NCBI GenBank assembly: GCA_000708835.1
Contig: DF237562.1
Span: forward strand, 1 to 51,459
Reading direction: 5' to 3'
DNA length: 51,459 nucleotides
Source: Klebsormidium nitens
Lineage: Eukaryota > Plantae > Klebsormidiophyceae
Made by a program: the position numbers and the translations under genes
In this document: one piece after another, positions 44,927 through 51,459 of the stretch
Layout: each line of letters starts with the position of its first letter
How positions within the stretch are numbered: position 1 is the stretch's first letter
Notes under the pieces: generated by a model
What the model saw: only the letters and a program-made list of their open reading frames with translations
Databases searched by the model: none
Told to the model about the DNA's origin: nothing

Positions 44927-47900
44927 ATGGCCGCAGACTTCTGGGCGTCCTATCAGAGGTGGGAGGGCCGCTTTGCTTCAGAGCCCCTCCTTTTCTTCCC
45001 ACTTTTGATTGGAAAGTGCTGGCCCCACATTTGTAACTCTGTCAGCAGCCCGTCGTCCCTTTTGGACTTACGTATAAGTGCTGATTGCACTGGAAGTAGT
45101 CTACTGCTGATGCTGTTTGCCAGTCCTCTCACTGGCACCTCACCCACCACTTTGGCATTGTCGACTGCCAACCTTGTTGATGGCTCTCAGAAATGTTGAT
45201 GGCTCTCAGAAATGGTGGATGTATGGTTGTGACTTGTCCTGAGGAGTACAATCAGCAACACGGCGACTCGGCTCCTCAGCTCCTTTTAACGGGGGCAAAA
45301 GGGCCTGTACACCACTAAACCAGACATGTAACCCAACCCCCTGACTCCTTACTCAGGCAGGGTGGCAGTGTTATGTGCAGCAAGCAGCTGCTGAGTGTGG
45401 AGGAGGTGAGCCGTGTGGCGGAGGAGGACCTCGAGCTTGGGCTCACTTTGCAGGACACGCGCCTCATCAAGATCGCCATGACCACCTGTGAGGAGGCCCC
45501 CCTGCCAGACCCAATTTTGAATGCAAAGTTTGGACGGCTAGAACTGAAATGCAGCCCCACTTGGACTTTTGAACCCAGCATCCATTAGTGATTTTCTCCC
45601 CGGCTTTGCTTGACCCCCCCGCATCATTCTCGGCTACGGCCATCTTGCTGTCTTGAGAATTTGGAAGAGGGGGCAAGTGTTTAGTTCACGCTCTGGTCAG
45701 GGATGCATGAGAGTATTGTCGGGTTTGACTGGGTGCATCTCTTAGAGTGTGGTGTATTCTGTGTCCCTTACGCCCTCACCTTCCTCTTTCTCAGACATGA
45801 GGGACCTTGCGCAGCAGGCCAAGCTCAGGCAGCGGTGAGCTTTGCCGCACGCTCAAACACTGATTTTCTTGTCTATCCGGGGGAGTGTTTGGATATTTTT
45901 GATACAGAAATTGCCGCAGATGATATGTTAGAAGCATTACTGAATATCAGGTTTCCTAAACCCTCCTTCAGCATCGCTTCTCGCAGCAAATGTGACCCCG
46001 TCATACGTCCAGTACGGAGCCGGACATTGAACCAATCCTGATTTAGCTTTCCTTTACCATCACAGGGTGGTTGCGACGGCAGTCTGCTACATGCGCAGGA
46101 TGTACGTCAGGTAAGGCCTCTCAAAAACCAAAGACGCGCGTTTTTCAATCAGAGGCAGTCAGTGCTAAACCAAGCCTTGTTCGCTGGGCTTGAAAAAGGT
46201 CTCCTCGTACAAGTTGCTAAGGGACATCGATATCCCTGGAAATATTGATTTCATTGATGGAAGAAGTCTAGGCAGGCAGGCTGTTGATGCAAGGATCCTC
46301 GAGCAGAAGTGCGACCGCTCTGGCCCTTTTTGGTGTACTTTGCGCTTATGTAAGCTTTGCGGAAGTGGATGGAATGCATGAGATGAACATGACGGTCGGA
46401 TCCAGCTTTAGGAGCTCTCATCTGTTTGCGTGTATTACGTTGTCAACGCCCCATATTGTGTCATGCAGCAAGAGTCTGTGCGAGTACGACCCTCGCTTGG
46501 TCGCCCCCGCGTGCCTCTACCTGGCCAGCAAGGCGGAGGAGAGCGTTGCGCAGGCCAAGCTGCTCGTCTTTTACGCCAAGAAACTTAGTGAGGGCCGGGC
46601 CATCGTATCTTCGTTAATCAAAGTTGCGTGTGATTGAGAAGGGGTCAATGTGCGCTCGCCCCAAATCTTAGAGGCCACCTGGCCTGCACTTCTCGGGACA
46701 TTTGCAAGCTCGGACAAGCCTTTCCCCATCCGACGTCGTGATTCATGAACAGCGGCTCAGATTTGGAAACATGCTCGGCAGGCTTGAGGGTGAAGCAACT
46801 GATTTTGGACGTATCCAGTTCTGGACTGGGGGGATTCTTCGCGTTTGCTGAGCGAATTTGACTTGCATTGGCAGTGCTGGTACGGCAGACATCAGCAAAG
46901 CCCGCATGACAAAACTCCTCGGATTGAGACTTGCTTGTTCGCAACTGGGTGCTACGCTTTCAGAACCTGTTCGGACGTTCGAACACGCTGAGACTGGTTG
47001 GTCTAAGTTTGCGAGTTTGAGGATGCATTGCTCAATTCGCGACCGAGGTCTGTCACTCTTCCACCCGCATTGCTCACCCGCTGGCGCTCGCGCCGTTTTG
47101 TGCGGCAGAGCCCGGCCCCGAGAACGGTGCGTACCAGTTGGAGGTGAAGGACCTGCTGGACATGGAGCTGCGCGTGCTGGAGGCGCTCGACTTCCGCCTC
47201 GTCGTCTACCACCCCTACCGCGCAGCAGTGCAGTGAGCATTACTTTCCTTTCTGCAGAGGTTTCACCCGTTTGTAGCCTCGGTCTCGGATTTTCTCTTCT
47301 TGGAGTCCGTTCTTGGAGTTCGGACTTGCGAACAATGCTTGAGTAGGCGCTCGACTCCAAACCGGCGTCTGTTACCCCTACCACGCAGCAGTGCAGTGAG
47401 CGAAATGGCAAAATTCCCTGTTTTCTCTCTTGTTTGAGCCTCGGTTTCAAAGTTCTTGACGTCTGTTCTGGCCTTCTGGGCATGATTGCACTTCCTACAA
47501 GCATGGCAAATCGGGGCTGCACGAGTCTTTTCTAGACGCAGGCTTCGAGTTGGGTAACGTGTCCTTGTCTGGCGGCATCGGACATGATACTCAGCCTGAT
47601 ACTGGATCGGGGCGTTGCTGGTAAAGTAGTCTGGAAACACGATTATTCATATTGCTACACCGTGGACATACATCTTACTTTGAGCCGCTTACCACGGCCT
47701 GTGCAAAGCGTTGGCGACCGCTTAGCGTGCTTCTGTCGTTCATCTGACACCCCCTGCCCCTCTCGTAAGAGCCTTGTACCTCACGGACGGATAGGACGCT
47801 GGCACCCTATGGAAAAGGTTCCGACTAATCAAACCGATAAACTGGAAGAAGAATGTGTGACCCGACGTTAGAGCCCAGCTTCAACGTTCTTCGTTGAGGA

Positions 47901-49092
47901 GCGTCAAAGCAATCAGTCTTCATCTCTCACAAGTCACTTCCGTGCAGGTACCTGAACGACGCCAAGCTGACTGACGTCATGCAGACCACGTGGTGAGCCT
48001 TCGCACGCCCACGTCAAGTCGGTTGCAATGGCACAGCGTCTGGATAAGATAGTCACTTTGAGAACAAAGAGGGCGTGACTTTGATCGAGCGCGTGAGAAG
48101 GCAGTTGCGCAACCCCGGGCACTCGAGAATACGTCTGGGACTTTACTCTCTCAGTGCCTCCTGTTGCGACGATCGCTCTTGGGTCCCGTAACTGTCAGCG
48201 AATAACGCAAAGCTTTCGTCTTTGTGGAACCAACATCAGCTCGGACGACGGTTTCACCTGACGGACCTGTTCTGTAGGTTTCCGGCGGGCATCTGACTGC
48301 TCCGCCCTTTCTCCCTGCCGGGCTGACGCGTGTCCCGCTTCGCGCCCGCCATGCGCAGGTCGCTGCTGAACGACGTGTACCGCACGGACCTGCCGCTGCT
48401 GCACCCGCCCCACGTGGTGGCGCTGGGGTGCATCCACCTGGCGGCCTTCCTCAAGGACCGCGACGCCAAGCCATGGCTCGAGGACCTCAAGGCAGACATG
48501 CACGCCGTGAGGCAACGCACCCGTGCTTTCTCGTCGTGTCTGCTGCTAGTTCCGGCTCTGCAGCGGGATGGTCCAACCGCACGTTCGTGCACACCATCGC
48601 GTCGCTCCTCTTGCGGGCTACGAATGCGTCTACGAAAACGGCTTTCAAAACCGTCGTTCTTTGAACAGAGCTCACGCACATCTCTGGCAGGGGTTTTTGG
48701 GAGTGTCCGGCAAATTGACCCGTCCTGTTTTGTCGCATCCGTGAGGCTTGGACCTTTTTTTCTGAAGCATCTGGCGGCCTTATATTGACTGCTTGCGCGT
48801 CCCTTTCCGAGCGCACGTTTGGCTGATTTGCGAATCTAACGACTCTGACGAATGCTCCAAGCGCTGGCAGCGACCTGCAACCAAGCGCTGCCTTTGTTGA
48901 TACCACCTCAATTGAGAAAGCAGGAAAGTCAACATTTGCAGGGATCTACAAATCTCGGGTGGTCTGGTGCAGGTGCGTGCAGTGCAGATGGAGTTGCTGG
49001 ACCATTACGAGCAGTACGCCAACATCGACCCCGCACTCACCGCTGCAGCCATGGCCAAACTGCCCATACGCACGCGTGCAGCAAGGACGTGA
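44927..49092 (+). CDS. CYCC: Cyclin C (Mediator CDK8 module), 9 exons
   Basis: Exons 44927-44958, 45381-45487, 45795-45834, 46066-46110, 46469-46587, 47109-47232, 47948-47992, 48359-48506, 48973-49092. Motifs: MAADFWAS, KLRQRVVATA..YMRR, DPRLVAPACLYLASKAEE, MELRVLEALDFRLVVYHPYR, LNDVYRTDLPLLHPPHVVAL. Confidence 0.95.
47181..47445 (+). repeat. About 163-bp tandem duplication spanning the cyclin C exon 6 end and donor
   Basis: aggcgctcgact...cccctacc.cgcagcagtgca|gtgagc at 47181-47238, repeated at 47345-47401. A downstream agcctcggt is also present in both copies. Confidence 0.8.
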
Positions 49093-49399
49093 AACACCAG
49101 CACGTGTATGCTCGCACTTTGCTAGATATTGCCTTGGCTAACAAACTGGCACTAAATGTCTGGGCCTTCGACCGTGCAAGGCCGGCCATTGAAGTGCTTG
49201 GATTCTGCAAAAAAGACCGAAGCTGGGAGAGATTGTTTTGTCGCGGAAATTCATTGTACATAGACATTGAGGTCTGGCGGGCAACGCTTGGCTACAGTAA
49301 TCATGAGTTAGTCGAAGAGTTGAAGGCGGCTGGGCCGCAATGATCGTCGTTTGAGTTAGCAGGTTTCCCGTCCATTCGGACTTGGACCCACGGTGTAGT

Positions 49400-49975
49400 C
49401 ATGGACCGTCGGTCGGACGGTGAGCCACATGCAGCCTGTGCAGCGCTGCTCATGGCACGCGTGCCTACGCGCCGCAAATTTGCAGAACAGCGCGAACTTC
49501 GGAAGTACCGTACGGCTGCCGGCCGGGGGCTTGCTTATAAGCTATAGTATTAACCATATGATTGATCCAGTGACAGCATTAGTATGTGTACGCAGCGTAT
49601 TGTAATTTAACTAACTAAGTTAAGCAAGTGCATGACCAGATCATCGATGCAGGCTTGCCAGCATCATGGTCTCGCACATGTGTGCATATATATTACCGTA
49701 CGTTCAATCAGGAATTCATATTCAAATTTCAATTGTATACCGTCAACGCAGAAGAGTGTCCGTTCCGATCAGGACGGTCAGTACGATCGCTCCGTGCAGC
49801 GCGCTTACCATGTAGATGCTGAGAATCAAGGATTGAATTAGCTAGTTAAAGTAAATGGTACGTAGCAGACGATTATTCAAACTGCACGAACTTAAGCTTC
49901 GCCGGCGGCGGATCGCCGCGCGCTCGCTTCACGCACTAGCGCGTCGTCGCTGGATCCGCAGCTAGTATTGTGAGC
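49400..49975. other. Palindrome-rich intergenic island 4
   Basis: ggcacgcgtgcc, gcaaatttgc, gcttataagc, catcgatg and gctgccggccgg. attcaaatttcaattg resembles the reverse complement of caacttgaaatttgaaat near 16168. Confidence 0.5.
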
Positions 49976-50574
49976 GACATCCTGAGAATCCCAATCTAAC
50001 AACGTTGTCCAATCATGTGCAGACGCACATTCTGGCAGTCGTCGCGGCCAACAAGCAAGCTAGCTTTGCTTCCCCAAGTACGGTCGATATCTTGCAGGCT
50101 CAACTAGGTCTGCCAGACTGCTGCAGGAGACGTTTAAATTCGGAAATTGGATGTAGTCCGGCGAATCTCCCAGCTGCGGTGCAGTCCGATGAAGCGGCCC
50201 TCAGTGGTTTGTCCGGCTCAAGGGGCCTGCATATGGCGTGCGTGCGGAAACGCGATCGACGCTGCCCGGTAAGCAGCGCCGCGGGTTTACCTTATGAATC
50301 TTCCATTAGCGTGCGGCACGACTCGGAGGGCGAAACGAGACGGTCATTGCGCCCGGCCGCGAGCAGATTGTGGGCCCCCGGGCGCGCAAGTGACGCCGCG
50401 GCGGCTTGCCAGGCGGCTCTCCGGCGAAAGCTGGAGCTGCTCCGCGAAGGCGCCCAGGCAGAAGGCTGCGCACAGAGTCGTACTAGCCTGGACCTAGGTG
50501 CTGCCGCGGCGCCGTAAAGATGCGCTCCCCAGCGTCGGCGCCCCGATCGAGGCGACCTAGTAGGCGACTCTGCG

Positions 50575-51035
50575 TCACGAAATGGTGCTGCCCGGGAAGG
50601 CTCCCCGGGCGGAACGGCATGCCCCGTGGCGGACAGCCAGCTGGCTGCGTTCCGCGGGCCGCGAAGTGGCGCTGCGCCCTGGCAACGACGGCTCGCATGC
50701 AATAAGCTGCCAGCATCGGACGGGAGACCGCTCCGTCTTCAGGAGGGACTTGTTGCAGTTGGGGCACATGTCCTCATGTCGTCAGGGGTCAGCTCCTTCT
50801 TCTTGGACACAGCTTTGACAGAGTGGTCAATAGGCTTCGTTGACGCTGGGACAGGACGCGGAGGCGCCACGAACTGACGTACGCTTCTGGCGCCCCTGCC
50901 CCGGGACGGCGCCCCGAGCGAAACGGCTGACGTTATGGCAGACGTGAGCCTGGCGGCGCCGCTAAGTGGCGCTGCCCGGCGAAGGCGCCCTGGACGTGGA
51001 CCGGCGAACAACTTCGCGGACGCTTGGGCGCTCAA
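50575..51035 (-). pseudogene. Frameshifted GC-rich coding remnant with a Cys cluster (gene or TE relic)
   Basis: Overlapping ORFs 50739-51035 and 50575-50769 join with one indel into ...KAVSKKKELTPD(D E D)MCPNCNKSLLKTERSPVRCWQ..CE. No family recognised. Confidence 0.3.
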
Positions 51036-51072
51036 ACACGGCTAGACAATCGACAACAGACTTGCAATCTGG

Positions 51073-51255
51073 ATGCAATCAGTGAACAAGGTAAGTGAAA
51101 TCCCATTCCTTCGCTTATCAAGCCCTGCAATTGGAGACGCATCGACGACGCAACTTGCAGTACGGACGTGCTCATCCATCTAGAACATTGAGTTGTGTTA
51201 TCTATGCAGGGTCTGAGACTACGAGGCGGGCTGCACAAAGTTCAAGGTCGCATAA
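51073..51255 (+). other. Possible first small exons of a plus-strand gene continuing beyond the window
   Basis: ATG at 51073, consensus donor aag|gtaagt at 51091, acceptor tgcag| at 51209 and a second donor |gtgagt at 51256. The frame stays open (MQSVNK|GLRLRGGLHKVQGRI) but the product is not recognisable. Confidence 0.25.
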
Positions 51256-51459
51256 GTGAGTGATTTTGCCAGATGCAACATTGGACTGAGCGTTCATCGG
51301 CTGCAAAGTTAGATCCTTGCAAGGCTGTACAGTACTGCCTTCGTATGAGCAATACTAGGACGTTGGTGCATGGCCACCTGTTCATGGCTCTCAAGCGATT
51401 TGGAAGTTCTACTTGTGACCAACTCAGCAACAATCTGCGATAAGCCTTCCCACCAGATC

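Noticed and set aside
396-51433. Most remaining ORF-track entries of 60-240 aa
   Set aside because: They are antisense or off-frame shadows of GC-rich exons, or intron read-throughs of the six spliced genes, with no independent motifs.
1-51459. CRISPR arrays, prokaryotic operons or defence systems
   Set aside because: No regularly spaced direct repeats with unique spacers were seen. The repeats present are minisatellites or two- to four-copy duplications in a eukaryotic context.

Overview
This is eukaryotic, intron-dense nuclear DNA from a green plant lineage. The gene set and style suggest a streptophyte alga such as Klebsormidium, which is an inference. Six spliced protein genes can be rebuilt exon by exon with GT-AG junctions in continuous frame: a P4-ATPase flippase (ALA2-like, 2034-15888 +), an HDA15-like histone deacetylase (21943-27914 +), TRM112 (29901-31260 -), a 12-knuckle CCHC protein (31880-35572 +), TPX2 (36864-43814 -) and cyclin C (44927-49092 +). 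A Ngaro/DIRS-like gag ORF sits at the left edge. The most unusual region is the apparently non-coding 16.8-21.5 kb interval on the minus strand. It holds a box C/D snoRNA cluster, two members of which have clear 18S rRNA guides. Downstream on the same strand is a tRNA-Ala-shaped clasp. One 5' half (18361-18405) pairs with either of two distant 3' halves (17677-17725 or 16871-16918). The fold keeps G3:U70, A73 and the elbow nucleotides, but the anticodon loop is replaced by about 0.63 kb (or about 1.44 kb) of sequence, giving a tmRNA-like topology in a nuclear genome. Other patterns are splice-junction-spanning tandem duplications in three genes, four palindrome-rich intergenic islands and TA-enriched scrambled remnants. 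All family assignments are from motif recognition by eye; no database search was run.
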